63,907 nucleotides of DNA, taken from NCBI GenBank assembly GCA_040752575.1, contig JBFMGK010000076.1:1-63907 (forward strand), in the 5' to 3' direction. The DNA is from Candidatus Bipolaricaulota bacterium. GTDB lineage: Bacteria > Bipolaricaulota > Bipolaricaulia > UBA7950 > UBA9294. Both the position numbers and the translations under genes were made by a program. This document shows positions 39,000 to 49,468 of the stretch, piece by piece (the stretch's first letter is position 1; each line of letters begins with the position of its first letter). The notes beneath the pieces are model-generated. The model was not told the origin of the DNA, made no database searches, and worked only from the letters and a program-made list of their open reading frames with translations.

Positions 39000-39001
39000 G
39001 T

Positions 39002-39694
39002 CTAGAACTCCTCGAGAATCAAGTATAGCTGCTTGGCCGCCGCCTGCTCGGCCTCCTTCTTTGTGTGCCCGCGGCCGATCGCCCGGTGCCCGGCGACGGA
39101 AACGCTCACGGCGAACTCCTTCGCGTGCTCCTTGCCTTTCGCCGTGGCCAACGCGTAGCTCGGGCGACAATCAAAGAGCCGCTGGGCCGTTTCCTGGAGC
39201 AGGCTCTTGTAGTCGCCTGTCGTGGACTCCTCGGCAAGGTAGCGCTCGATATCTGCTTCGAGGCAGCGGACGACGAACTTCTGCGCATACGAGAAGCCAC
39301 GTTCCAGGTAAAGGATCGCGACGAGCGCTTCAAAAGCGTTGCCGCGGTTGTTCGGCCGCTGCCGGCCGTTGTTGGCTTCCTCGCCGCGCCCGAGCCGCAG
39401 GTAGTCGGCAAGTCCAAGCTCGTCGGCCTTCTCCGCGAGAACCGGCCGGCTGACCGCCACGGACTTCGCCTTGGTCAATCGTCCTTCGTCGGCATCTGGA
39501 TACGCCTCGTACAGGTGGCCGGTCACGGCCAAATCAATGACCGCGTCGCCCAAGAACTCAAGTCGTTCGTTGGAGCCACGCGGATCGCCGACTTCGTTCG
39601 CGTACGAGCTGTGCAGAAACGCACGTTCAAGGGTCTCGGCGGGAATGCGCAGCTTCAGCTCCCGCGCCAGCGTCTCCATCGGTTTCGCTTCCAT
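39002..39694 (-). CDS. rnc: Ribonuclease III
   Basis: SNERLEFLGDAVI, FEALVA, dsRBD DYKSLLQE..KKEAEQAAA. Confidence 0.96.
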   Translation of the reverse strand: MEAKPMETLARELKLRIPAETLERAFLHSSYANEVGDPRGSNERLEFLGDAVIDLAVTGHLYEAYPDADEGRLTKAKSVAVSRPVLAEKADELGLADYLRLGRGEEANNGRQRPNNRGNAFEALVAILYLERGFSYAQKFVVRCLEADIERYLAEESTTGDYKSLLQETAQRLFDCRPSYALATAKGKEHAKEFAVSVSVAGHRAIGRGHTKKEAEQAAAKQLYLILEEF

Positions 39695-39845
39695 CGTCTC
39701 TGCGCCTCACGCCTTGCTCTGTGCTACCCCCTCGCGATCATACCCCGCGGGCCTGGCACGAGCCATAGCCGCACCTTGGCTTCGGTCCCGCCCCGCGTAG
39801 ACTGGACGCGATCGGTCCGCGAGGTGCACAGAGGAGGCGCAAGAC

Positions 39846-40505
39846 GTGCGAGGCTTGGCGTTGGTCGCACACTTCGACGACGCCCCGATTTGGGTCGGCG
39901 GGGCGATCTGGGGCACGTTGCAGCTTGGATGGGAGTGGCTCGTCGTCACGACATCCGCTGCCGAGCCGCAGCGGCGCGGTTACATTGACGCGTGGTGCGC
40001 GTCGCTCGGCGTCCGCTCCGTCGCGCTGTCTTTCTGCGACCATCCCGACGGAGCACCGTTCTCGCGAAACGCCCGCGACGAACTCCTCCTCTGCGTTCGC
40101 GAAGCGGTCCAGGGCTTCCGGCCGGATTGGGTCTTCGCCCACAACCCGGACTCACTTGGCGAATACGGCCCCCACCCGAATCATCTCGAGGCCGCCGAGG
40201 CGGCACGCGAACTCGCCCATCAGGGTCTTTGGAAGGCCGATCGGCTCGCTCTCTTCGCCTATCAACGCGCGTCCGGCACCGCGGCGCCCCCCGTCGCGCG
40301 AAGCGGGGCGACGCACATCCTGCCGCTCGACTACCCCACCCTGCAACGCAAGGCCGCCTGGTGCGCATCGGCCAACGACGTCGAACGCGCCGATCCTGAG
40401 CTGGGCGAGAACACCTGGCTGCGCCACCTGGGCTGGCCCTGCCCGAACCCCGAAGCCTTCTCGGCCCACGATCTGCCGCCGCCGTTCCTCCGGAGGGCGA
40501 GGTGA
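39846..40505 (+). CDS. PIG-L/LmbE family deacetylase-like protein
   Basis: LVAHFDD and YGPHPNH metal motifs. Confidence 0.65.
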   Translation: MRGLALVAHFDDAPIWVGGAIWGTLQLGWEWLVVTTSAAEPQRRGYIDAWCASLGVRSVALSFCDHPDGAPFSRNARDELLLCVREAVQGFRPDWVFAHNPDSLGEYGPHPNHLEAAEAARELAHQGLWKADRLALFAYQRASGTAAPPVARSGATHILPLDYPTLQRKAAWCASANDVERADPELGENTWLRHLGWPCPNPEAFSAHDLPPPFLRRAR

Positions 40506-41731
40506 ACGTCCGCCGGCTGCCCTGTGCGGCCTTCCCTGAACCGCCTGCGTTCGCCAGTCGCCCCGAGAACCTGATGCGAAGCCGGGTACGTGCGTTGGGG
40601 CTCGTCCCGACAAGTCAGCGAGGGGAAACCCCGCGCGCTCGGCGCATGCCCGCACGATCCTGTGCAACGTTCGTCATCGACGCGGGCGGCTCCGTGGTTG
40701 CGGCGCACAACCTGGACGAGTCGTTCCCCGTGCCGGGACTCGTCGTGGCCAACCCGCGCGGCGTCGCAAAATGGAGCGTGCGCTTTCACGAACTCCTCGT
40801 CCCGCTGCGCGCACGGTCCACGCGACGCGTGCGCTGGACGTCGAAGTACGGATCGCTCACCTGGAACGTGTTCGGCCGCGAGTTCCCCGACGGAGGCATG
40901 AACGAGGCCGGGCTCTATGTTGCTGAGATGACGCTCCTAAGCACAACGTGGCCGACAGGTCGCGCGACCGCGCACATGTATCACCACCAGTGGATCCAGT
41001 ACTTGCTGGACAACTACGCGAGCGTCTCGGCAGCCCTAGAGAGCCTTGCCGTCGCGGGGCCCGAGGGACACTGCCGATGGCACTTCCTCCTCGCCGATCG
41101 GGAGGGGGATGTCGCCGTCGTCGAGTTCCTCGACGGACGGGCGGTGATCTACCGCGACGAGGAGCTTCCGTACCGCGTCCTCTGCAACGCGCGCTATCGC
41201 GAAGAAGTCGACGCCCTCAAGAGCTACGCCGGGTTCGGCGGATCGAAGGATCCGGGAATCCGCGAAGCCGACGAGGATCCGCGGTTCCGCTTAGCTGTCT
41301 CGGCCCTGGCAGCCTCCGCAGGTTCAGGAGATGCTACTGAATTCGCGTTCTCGCTCCTCGACCGCCTCGACCTCGGCACACGGAAGTGGGCGACGGTCTG
41401 CCGACTCGCCGAAGGGAAGATGCTGTTCCGAACGTCTGTCGCCCCTTCGCCTCGCTGGATCGCCATGTCCGCGAACGGCTTCGCAAACCTGGACCGTCCT
41501 CTCGCGCTGGACATCCACCACAACGCCTCTGGGGACGTGACCCAAGAGCTCGCCCCGCTCTCCGCGCGGGACCATCGCAGAGCGGTCTCGGCGGCGTGGG
41601 CCGAGATCGACCTCGGGCTCCTGGCAAACGCTCTCGCGAAGCCCCTCTTGGTCCATGGCCTTGCCCGAACAGCGACGGCGTTTCGCAGCGAACAAGAAAG
41701 GATGATCGGCCAGCGCCGGACCCGTTCGTAA
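40502..41731 (+). CDS. Choloylglycine hydrolase/penicillin V acylase family Ntn-hydrolase
   Basis: CATF nucleophile, HNLD, WTSKYGS, GGMNEAGL, HFLLADREG. Start may be later (40574 or 40646). Confidence 0.8.
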   Translation: MNVRRLPCAAFPEPPAFASRPENLMRSRVRALGLVPTSQRGETPRARRMPARSCATFVIDAGGSVVAAHNLDESFPVPGLVVANPRGVAKWSVRFHELLVPLRARSTRRVRWTSKYGSLTWNVFGREFPDGGMNEAGLYVAEMTLLSTTWPTGRATAHMYHHQWIQYLLDNYASVSAALESLAVAGPEGHCRWHFLLADREGDVAVVEFLDGRAVIYRDEELPYRVLCNARYREEVDALKSYAGFGGSKDPGIREADEDPRFRLAVSALAASAGSGDATEFAFSLLDRLDLGTRKWATVCRLAEGKMLFRTSVAPSPRWIAMSANGFANLDRPLALDIHHNASGDVTQELAPLSARDHRRAVSAAWAEIDLGLLANALAKPLLVHGLARTATAFRSEQERMIGQRRTRS

Positions 41732-41746
41732 CCGGGCGAGGAGGCC

Positions 41747-42697
41747 TTAGCGTCCCGGGAGCTTCCTCAGAAAATACGTGCGGCCTGCGTAGGTGAGTTC
41801 GACGAGCTCGCCCAGCGCTACGAGTTCACGAACCAGCGCGTCGTCGGCTCCCGCACGCGCCAGGAATTCCTCGACGGCGTCGCTGCGCATCGGATGCACC
41901 GAGGTAATCGCCAAAAGATCCTCGCGGGCGTCGCCGGTCATCGAAAACGCGTTACCTTCGTAGCCCAACAGGCACTCCACGTGCCTCACGCGTTCCTGCA
42001 CGATCTGGAACGCCCGGTTCACCGCATCTTCGCTCGGCGCCGTGACCCACGCCTCGGCTGGCGGGCGCGTGGCCACGGAAAGGTAGGCCGTCGCAGGCCG
42101 TAGCCGGGCAAGGAAGTCCGCCACCGCCTCCGCGTGCTTCTCGCTGTCGTTGAGTCCGCCGACGAGCAGGGTCTCGGTCGCCAGAGTGCCCTGGAAGCTC
42201 TCGGAGAACGCCAGCGCCCCAGCAAGAATCGACTCCAGTTGGAGTGCCCGGTGCGGCCGGTCGACGCGGCGCCAGGTGACTTCGTCGACGGCATCGACCT
42301 TCAGAGAGACCCAGTCGGCGTGCGCGAGATCCTCCCGCACATCGGCTCGTCCGATGAGGGACGCATTGCTGATGACCGCGATCTTGCATCCTAGCGGCTG
42401 AAGCGCGCCGATCTCCTCACCCAGTTGGATGTCGAGCGTGGGCTCACCGTCGGGGACGAACGTCAGGTAATCGATGGTCTCGTCAGCCTCCCGCGCCTTG
42501 GTCACGCTCTCCGAAACGGCAGCGACGATCTCCCTGGCGGGGTGGAGTACAGATCGATCCACCCTCATGTCGACCGTTCTTCCCAGCTGGCAGTAGACGC
42601 ACGAGTAGCTGCAGATCTTCGGCGGGATGTTGTTGATGCCCAGACTGCGTCCTAGTCTCCTCGACGGCACGGGCCCGAAGGCGATCATCGCCCTCAC
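41747..42697 (-). CDS. Radical SAM protein (TYW1-related family)
   Basis: FGPVPSRRLGRSLG, CSYSCVYCQ, DGEPTL. Confidence 0.88.
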   Translation of the reverse strand: MRAMIAFGPVPSRRLGRSLGINNIPPKICSYSCVYCQLGRTVDMRVDRSVLHPAREIVAAVSESVTKAREADETIDYLTFVPDGEPTLDIQLGEEIGALQPLGCKIAVISNASLIGRADVREDLAHADWVSLKVDAVDEVTWRRVDRPHRALQLESILAGALAFSESFQGTLATETLLVGGLNDSEKHAEAVADFLARLRPATAYLSVATRPPAEAWVTAPSEDAVNRAFQIVQERVRHVECLLGYEGNAFSMTGDAREDLLAITSVHPMRSDAVEEFLARAGADDALVRELVALGELVELTYAGRTYFLRKLPGR

Positions 42698-42700
42698 CCC

Positions 42701-43225
42701 CTAGAGCCAGGGCTCCAGCACGTCGGCCGTAAGTTTCGCCGGATGGCCCGAGTAGCGAATGTAGCCTTCTCGATCAATGACGATCGCGTGCGTCACGGCC
42801 GCGACCTCGTAGAGGTCTCGGACAGCGTGCACCGCATCGAGAGAACCCCAGAGCACGTTCGACGTTTGATAGCCGTTGTCGGTCAGGTAGAGCCGAGCGT
42901 CTTCTTCGTTCTTGTCGAAGCACAGTACAAGCAACGCTACGCCCTGCTCGGCGTAGGTGTGCTGCAGATCGTGGATCGCGGGGAAGGACTCCGTGCATGT
43001 GTGGCACCACGATGCCCAGAACTCGAAGATCACGACCTGTCCGAGGTAGTCGGCGAGCGAGACATCGCACCCGTCAAGGTTCGGCAGGGTGAAGAGCGGA
43101 GCGAGAACGGGACCCTCGCCGTCGCTTGCGGCGACCGCAGAAGAGAGACCCAGTGCGGCCAGCACGACGGCAAGGGCAGCTCGGGTCGAGAATGCTCGCC
43201 GAGTCTCGCTTTTTTTCTCTCTCAC
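42701..43225 (-). CDS. TlpA-family exported thiol-disulfide oxidoreductase
   Basis: APLFTLPNLDG, FWASWCHTC, IDREG. Confidence 0.85.
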   Translation of the reverse strand: MREKKSETRRAFSTRAALAVVLAALGLSSAVAASDGEGPVLAPLFTLPNLDGCDVSLADYLGQVVIFEFWASWCHTCTESFPAIHDLQHTYAEQGVALLVLCFDKNEEDARLYLTDNGYQTSNVLWGSLDAVHAVRDLYEVAAVTHAIVIDREGYIRYSGHPAKLTADVLEPWL

Positions 43226-43355
43226 GGCGTCTCCGCGTCGATCCCGACGCTTGCCCTCCCCGCCGGCGCCCGGTCGCACCCAGGCTCCCTGCCGCCACGC
43301 CTGGAACGTAGTCTAGCACGAGCAAACCAACATGCCAATGCCTCCGACGCCGGGC

Positions 43356-44369
43356 CTAGATCTCTGCATTCATGGCCAGGCGGAACCCCATCTGGCGTCG
43401 TCCGGCCGGCCATCCATGCCGTCGGGCAGAGACTCGGCATGCGCTGGCGTCGTATCCCCAGCGTCCGCTTCGCACCACGCGATACTCACCCGAGTCAGGC
43501 CCCCGCGGGTCGCGCAACGGAGACGACAAGTAGTAGTTTGGATCCCAGTAATCCCAGATCCACTCCCAGACGTTGCCTTCCATATCGTAAAGCCCATAGG
43601 CATTCGCTGGGAAACTCCCGACCGGGCTGGTGTACGGAGCTTGTCCGTCGTCGTAGTCGGGATGAAGACCGCGGGTGAGACTCACGTCGTAGCTCTGCGC
43701 TCCCGTACTCTCGTAGTTCGCGCGAGTGTGGTCGATCGTCTCGGTGTCGCTCCACGTGAAGCGATGGCCTTCGGCCCCGCCGCGGGCCGCTCTCTCCCAC
43801 TCGGCATCGGTCGGCAAGCGGTATCCGTCGTCCGCCCAATCGCACGTCCAGGTCTCAAGGTCGTAACACGGTACCCGGCCTTCCATTTCGCTGCGGAAGT
43901 TGCAGTAGGCGACCGCGCCATGCCACGTCACCTCGACACACGGGTAGCCCGAGGCCTTCCCTTCTTTGAGCGAGAATCGCCGCCCATCCCAGTCGATCCG
44001 GCACTCTTCCAGATCGAGGTGCAGGAGCTTCTTCCGCCCGGCGCCGACGCTGTAGACACCGGCGTCGGTCACTTCGACGCGACCGTTCGCCTGTGCCCAC
44101 TGCAAGGCGCTGAGCATCTCATCGTTGGTGACCTCGCACGCTCCCATGTAGAACGCGCTAAGGGTCACTGTGTGCACGGGCAACTCGTCATAGCATCCTT
44201 CGGCGAACGCGTCGCCCATCTGGAAAGATCCTCCAGGGATCAGGACCATCCCGAGCGGCGCGGCGACGTCGCTGCCCACGGTTCCACCTCCGACAGCCAG
44301 GATGAAGCAGGCGAGAGCCAGAGAAAAGCTTGTTCTGGAATGGGAAAACCGCCGCACCGCGCTTCTCAT
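43356..44369 (-). CDS. Formylglycine-generating enzyme (FGE-sulfatase/SUMF1) domain protein
   Basis: IPGGSFQMG, YRLPTDAEWE, NAYGLYDMEGNVWEW, GFR. Confidence 0.9.
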   Translation of the reverse strand: MRSAVRRFSHSRTSFSLALACFILAVGGGTVGSDVAAPLGMVLIPGGSFQMGDAFAEGCYDELPVHTVTLSAFYMGACEVTNDEMLSALQWAQANGRVEVTDAGVYSVGAGRKKLLHLDLEECRIDWDGRRFSLKEGKASGYPCVEVTWHGAVAYCNFRSEMEGRVPCYDLETWTCDWADDGYRLPTDAEWERAARGGAEGHRFTWSDTETIDHTRANYESTGAQSYDVSLTRGLHPDYDDGQAPYTSPVGSFPANAYGLYDMEGNVWEWIWDYWDPNYYLSSPLRDPRGPDSGEYRVVRSGRWGYDASACRVSARRHGWPAGRRQMGFRLAMNAEI

Positions 44370-44512
44370 CTCGAGCCACCTCCGGATCGTTGAGTCTCCG
44401 TCGACGCGCGCCACAGCATGCGATCATCACTCCTTCAAGGGTGGCGCATCGCGGCCCAAGTGTAACCTCAGCCCGTGGGCGCACACAGCTGGGAGGACCA
44501 CTCGTTGCAAGC

Positions 44513-45592
44513 TCAGGGAGGCACGATGGTGAACTGCGACGACACGCCCTGAACGCTGCGATCGCTTCTGAGCACGAAACGCAGGAGGCACTGTGTGGAC
44601 GAGACGACTGGAACCGACCATGGCTCCGACCCATCGTTGCTTGCCGGCGCGATGGGGGTCCAGTTCCGACCTCCATCGGACGAGAAGTGAATGTCGAGCA
44701 GTACCGAGGGGTCCGTGCTGACGTTTCTCGTCTCCCACCAGATACGCTCTCGGTTTCCGGCGATCCAGACCGTTCGCTGGGTGGGAACGAGCACTCGGAT
44801 TCGCGGCAGTTCATGACACGAGAACGCCACGAGTCCCAACACGCCCAGCGCCGCAACAGCGGCCACGCCGAGCAGCGCGCGACGCACCCTCCCACATCGC
44901 CTCTGAATGCCGGTCAGTTCCGTCAGCATCGGGCCCGTCAACGGAAACGCGACGGCCACATTCCCGTTCCAGGGGATCATCCCTTGACAGATGCCCACAA
45001 GGCGCCGTCCGGCCAAGAGCGCACTTCCGCTGCAACCCGGCTGAACCGCCACATCGGTGACCACCGGGGGGTTAGGCGAGTCCGGACCGCGCCCCGCAAC
45101 GTGGCCGAGATGCTCAAACAGGGATCTCACGCCGCAGCCGAGAATCCTGATCTGAGACCCGTGGGGGAGCGGCACCGGCCTCCTTGGCAATCGCACCGCG
45201 TTCAGACGGCCGCCCCTCAGCCCGAGAACACGCAGAACCGTCAGATGCTCCGCGGAGAGCACGGACGACGGGAGGATTTCCCAGAGCTCGCACAGCTCAC
45301 CGTCGATGAGAACCCCCGCAGAACGATCATCCTCGAGCTGCACGACGAGATGACTCGGAACGGCGATGAAGAGCGGACGCGTGCAGAGAACGACACCGAC
45401 TCCAGAGTCTACGCACGTGGCCGTCTTCACGCAGACGTGTACGACGAATCTCTTCGTCTCGTACAGGGTACCGCGCCGCATCGCTCCTCTAGCCACCTCC
45501 GCGCAGCCATCGCAAGATGGCCTCAGAGTGCCCCGCACCTTGCCCTCGCCTCGCTCGTCGCGAGAGCTCATCGAGCGGTCGCCCCCGTTCAC
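44513..45592 (-). CDS. Trypsin-like peptidase domain + TM helix + Ig-like domain
   Basis: VPSHLV and TDVAVQPGCSGSALL..LVGI resemble trypsin-2 motifs. Hydrophobic helix, then SSDGGRNW..NDGSEPW. Start uncertain. Confidence 0.55.
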   Translation of the reverse strand: MNGGDRSMSSRDERGEGKVRGTLRPSCDGCAEVARGAMRRGTLYETKRFVVHVCVKTATCVDSGVGVVLCTRPLFIAVPSHLVVQLEDDRSAGVLIDGELCELWEILPSSVLSAEHLTVLRVLGLRGGRLNAVRLPRRPVPLPHGSQIRILGCGVRSLFEHLGHVAGRGPDSPNPPVVTDVAVQPGCSGSALLAGRRLVGICQGMIPWNGNVAVAFPLTGPMLTELTGIQRRCGRVRRALLGVAAVAALGVLGLVAFSCHELPRIRVLVPTQRTVWIAGNRERIWWETRNVSTDPSVLLDIHFSSDGGRNWTPIAPASNDGSEPWSVPVVSSTQCLLRFVLRSDRSVQGVSSQFTIVPP

Positions 45593-46548
45593 GCACCTCG
45601 CGAGCCCAACGTCGCGGCGGACGCAGCTCCGGCGGTTCCTTCGCTTGCGTTCGGCCTTTTCGCATGGATGCCGGAACCTCTTCGATTCACGCCTGAGACC
45701 CTCTCTCGCTCATCGCCCAGGCCTCGCCGCAGAGATCGGCTCGCCAACCCCTAGACAGACTGCATCCATGACAAGAAGCCGCGCGACGGAGCGGATCGTC
45801 GTTCCGCTCTCGGTCGCGGCCAAGCGCGAGTTCGTCGCGCCGATCACGGCAACTCGCTGCGTCCGCATCGGCCTTGCGGCACTCCACGGCCCGGCTCCAA
45901 CCTGGGCAGCCGAAGCCTCCCTCCCGTGGCATCAACCCACATCCCCCGCTGCTTCACTTGGAGTTGTCGGCCCATCAAGGCAAGGGATCGCGTGAGGAGC
46001 CGCGTCGGTCTCAAGTGTAGCGCCCCGAGCCGGGTAAGTGGAGGGCCACCGCGGCCGAACGACGCTGCGTGACCGATTCGCTCGGCCGTGGGTACCGGAC
46101 GGACGCGCTCAACGCTACGCCGGTGCAAACACTCCCTCGCCGCTGCCCACGTCGACGGCGATGGCCTCTTCTCAGTAGCTCCTGCGCCGCAGGGATCGCA
46201 TCGCCCGCAAGCCGCCTGGTTCTCTCAGCCCTGGCGCGCACAAAGGCGGTGTGGCGGCGCCATCGCGCAGGCATGTGCGACTGATCTGTCGCTATCCTGG
46301 TGAGTGCAGACCTTCGCAGCGCGTCGGTTTGTCCCCACCCGCGGCAGGACGGGTCGTCGTCAGATGTACGGAGAGACGGGCTGACGGTAATGCCCCCCAC
46401 TGGGTCGACGCGCGCCGATCCACGCGACACCGTGAGTGGACTTCCGTGGACTCGGCTCGCACACTCATGCTGGGGATTGCTGTAGGTGGCGCGGCGCGTG
46501 GCGAGCGAGAGGATCGCGTGCCGAGAAAGTTCAAGGGAGGTTCGCATC

Positions 46549-48486
46549 ATGAGCCGAAGCTATCGGATCTGGATGGTGCTTCTCGCCTGTCTGACCGTGA
46601 CGAGCGTGTCTGTCGCGGCCCTGGTCGACACGTGCACGATCATTGGGAGCGCCTCGCCTCCCCTCCATGAGGCCCAGTTCCATGACACCTTGGCCATTCT
46701 CCTCTCGTCCGACGCCGAGGTCCTCGGCCGATCCGGACTCCTTCCCTCGGGTCTGTTCCGAATCGAAACACAGCAGGTGAACAATGTCGCCGCGGTTGTG
46801 GTCTTGGCGCCAAGCGGAATCTGGGGCCTTCTCGTCCATCTGGGGCAGATCGAGATCGGCGTGACGGGCGACCAGTTGTGCCCTCTCTCGAATTTCGCAG
46901 CCATCAAAGCAGATCTGGCCACATTCCTCGTGGTCGCCGGCATCGCCGACCAGAACAGGGAAACAGTGAATCAGGAGTACGTCCGCTCTCTCGCGTGGCC
47001 TTCTGGCAGGGATTCCGCGGGACGGCGCGTCACGATCACGTCGCCGAGCCGGGCAACCCAATGGACGGCGGGAACAGGCGTGCGCTACACGTGGGAAACG
47101 GAGTGCATGACGAGCGGCCTATCTGAGATGTTCACGGCGGAGTACTCCGTGGACGGCGGCGTCCGTTGGACCGAGTTTGCCGGTGTGAGCAACGACGGCG
47201 ACGCCCCTTGGGACATCCCGGCAAGCATCGACTCGGACCGATGCATGCTTCGCTTGACGTCCGACAACTACCCCGAGGTGTTCGACACATCGGACGTCTT
47301 CGCGATCCGTCCCTGGCGCAGTATCACGATCACCGTGCCCGCAGCGGGTACGGTTTGGCCGGCCGGCAGTACTCGGCGATACCACTGGGAAACGACCGAC
47401 AGCATTGCCTGGGGTCGCTCGGAGTTCTTCACCGTCGAGTATTCGGTGGATGGCGGGCAGACGTGGATCGCGTTCGCCGGGGTCAGCAACGACTACAGCG
47501 ATCCTTGGGACATCCCTGAAGAGATCGACTCCGACAATTGCCTGTTGCGCATGACTTCGCGCAACTACCCGGCGGTGTCTTCCACCTCGGCCCTGTTCGC
47601 CATCCGCCCAATGCCCTCGATCAGCATCACGGTGCCGTCCATCTACACGTCCTGGACTGCCGGGACGATGCAGACCATCACCTGGTCCAGTCTGAACGCC
47701 GGAACGCCGTTCTCCATAGAGTGCTCCACCGATGGCGGCACCTCGTGGACCGTCCTCTACAACAACACGGCAAACGCGGGGATGCAGGACTGGCCGATTC
47801 CCAGCGACATCGATTCCGATGAGTGCATGATTCGGCTGACGTCGATGCAGTACCCGACTGTCACAACCACCTCGGACACCTTCGAGATCCACCCGGAGCC
47901 CGCCGGGACGATCGCGATCACCGCGCCAACCGGAAGCACGTCCTGGACTGCCGGGACGACCCAGACCATCACCTGGTCCAGTCAGAACGCCGGAACGCCG
48001 TTCCGCGTCGAGTACTCCATCAACGGCGGCAGCACCTGGACCGTCTTCTCCAGCAGCACGGGCAACGACGGAACCGAGCACTGGCCGATCCCCAGCGACA
48101 TTGACTCCGACGAATGCAGGATCCGGTTGACCTCGATGCAGTACCCGACGGTCACAACCACCTCGGCCACCTTCGAGATCCACCCGGCGGTCAGCCGAAG
48201 CATCTCGATCACCGTGCCGACCGGAAGCGCGTCCTGGACTGCCGGGACGACCCAGACCATCACCTGGTCCAGTCAGAACGCCGGAACGCCGTTCCGCGTC
48301 GAGTACTCCATCAACGGCGGCAGCACCTGGACCGTCTTCTCCAGCAGCACGGGCAACGACGGAACCGAGCACTGGCCGATCCCCAGCGACATCGACTCCG
48401 ACGCGTGCAAGATCCGGTTGACCTCGATGCAGTACCCGACGGTCACAACCACCTCGGACACCTTCGAGATCCACCCGGTTGAGTAG
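46549..48486 (+). CDS. Secreted protein with five tandem ~97-aa Ig-like (Kre9/KNH-like) repeats
   Basis: Signal peptide. Repeated W.AG...I.W...EYS.DGG..W....NDG...W.IP..IDSD.C.IR. GGGAGG RBS. Confidence 0.82.
   Translation: MSRSYRIWMVLLACLTVTSVSVAALVDTCTIIGSASPPLHEAQFHDTLAILLSSDAEVLGRSGLLPSGLFRIETQQVNNVAAVVVLAPSGIWGLLVHLGQIEIGVTGDQLCPLSNFAAIKADLATFLVVAGIADQNRETVNQEYVRSLAWPSGRDSAGRRVTITSPSRATQWTAGTGVRYTWETECMTSGLSEMFTAEYSVDGGVRWTEFAGVSNDGDAPWDIPASIDSDRCMLRLTSDNYPEVFDTSDVFAIRPWRSITITVPAAGTVWPAGSTRRYHWETTDSIAWGRSEFFTVEYSVDGGQTWIAFAGVSNDYSDPWDIPEEIDSDNCLLRMTSRNYPAVSSTSALFAIRPMPSISITVPSIYTSWTAGTMQTITWSSLNAGTPFSIECSTDGGTSWTVLYNNTANAGMQDWPIPSDIDSDECMIRLTSMQYPTVTTTSDTFEIHPEPAGTIAITAPTGSTSWTAGTTQTITWSSQNAGTPFRVEYSINGGSTWTVFSSSTGNDGTEHWPIPSDIDSDECRIRLTSMQYPTVTTTSATFEIHPAVSRSISITVPTGSASWTAGTTQTITWSSQNAGTPFRVEYSINGGSTWTVFSSSTGNDGTEHWPIPSDIDSDACKIRLTSMQYPTVTTTSDTFEIHPVE
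47650..48478 (+). repeat. Intragenic tandem DNA repeats, period 291 bp
   Basis: TCCTGGACTGCCGGGACG recurs at 47650, 47941 and 48232. The last two units are nearly identical. Confidence 0.9.
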
Positions 48487-48525
48487 CTGCAACCCTTCAT
48501 CGGTGCGGGTGAGTGGCTTCTCGGC

Positions 48526-48560
48526 GACGTGGAGCAGAGGCGCGGCCTCTGCTCCACGTC
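48526..48560. terminator. Perfect 16-bp hairpin between convergent genes
   Basis: GACGTGGAGCAGAGGC-GCG-GCCTCTGCTCCACGTC. No clear U-tract. Confidence 0.55.
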
Positions 48561-48718
48561 ATCTGTGCTTCCCCTTCACGCCAACGTGCAGGCCCTCTCT
48601 GCAACTTCCTTCCGGTACGCGGCGCCGTAAGTCATGCGCTACGGACATCGGGGGCTTCGCGGAGCCCTCTCAGCAAAGGGCAGCAAAGGCCACGCCGCCG
48701 ACATATCGTCACGCCGCC

Positions 48719-49408
48719 CTAATCCCCGAGCAACTCCGCGGCTCGCGCCGCGAACGCCAAGGCAAACGCGTGGACACAGCGATGGCCCCCCGTGACGACC
48801 ACGGGCGAGACGGTTTCATCGACGTGGACGCAGTCCTTGGCGAACGTAACGTCGAACGCGCTGAGGAAGTTGGCGATGTGCAGCGTGAGGTCGACGATGC
48901 CCTTGTAGTGAGGAGGGGCGCAGACCGAACGGCCGTCCATCAAGCCGCTGTCGAGTAGGAACACGACGCCGAAGGTGACGGCGCCGAGCAGCCGGTCGGT
49001 CGCCATGGCCTCCGCGATCAACGCGATGGCCGTCTCGCGCCCCTGGTCGATGTTCCAGGAGCCGTGAGCGTGGCCTGGTCCAAGGATCAGGGCGTCGTAG
49101 TCGCCGGCCGCCGCCGCCTCGTAGGTCGTTGCTACGTCCAAGACGTACCGGTCCGGCTCATTGTCGTCGTCCCCACCGGCATACGAGTCCTCCCAGAACA
49201 GGTAGGGACCTGTCTCCCAGGCCGCGACGTCCACCCGGAGCCCAGCGGCCTCGAGTTCTCTCAACAAGGGGAAGAACTCGCCCGCCACGGCGTGAAGCGG
49301 CGGCAAGATCACAAGAACGGAGATCGGGTCGTCGGATGCCGCGGTCAGCAAGGAGACCGCCAGGAGTCCGCAGATCAGGATCGCGTTTCGTACGGTCCTA
49401 CGTCTCAT
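48719..49408 (-). CDS. Exported DJ-1/PfpI-like protein
   Basis: YDALILGPGH, LLGAVTFG, VVVTG. Signal peptide. Confidence 0.65.
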   Translation of the reverse strand: MRRRTVRNAILICGLLAVSLLTAASDDPISVLVILPPLHAVAGEFFPLLRELEAAGLRVDVAAWETGPYLFWEDSYAGGDDDNEPDRYVLDVATTYEAAAAGDYDALILGPGHAHGSWNIDQGRETAIALIAEAMATDRLLGAVTFGVVFLLDSGLMDGRSVCAPPHYKGIVDLTLHIANFLSAFDVTFAKDCVHVDETVSPVVVTGGHRCVHAFALAFAARAAELLGD

Positions 49409-49468
49409 CGCACACCTCACATGATGTAGCCGGTGAGCTCGCCTCGACCAGGGCAGCTTCCACGGGGA

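Noticed and set aside
43356..44369. FGE-domain gene as a diversity-generating retroelement target
   Set aside because: No reverse transcriptase and no adenine-variant template repeat noticed in the window.
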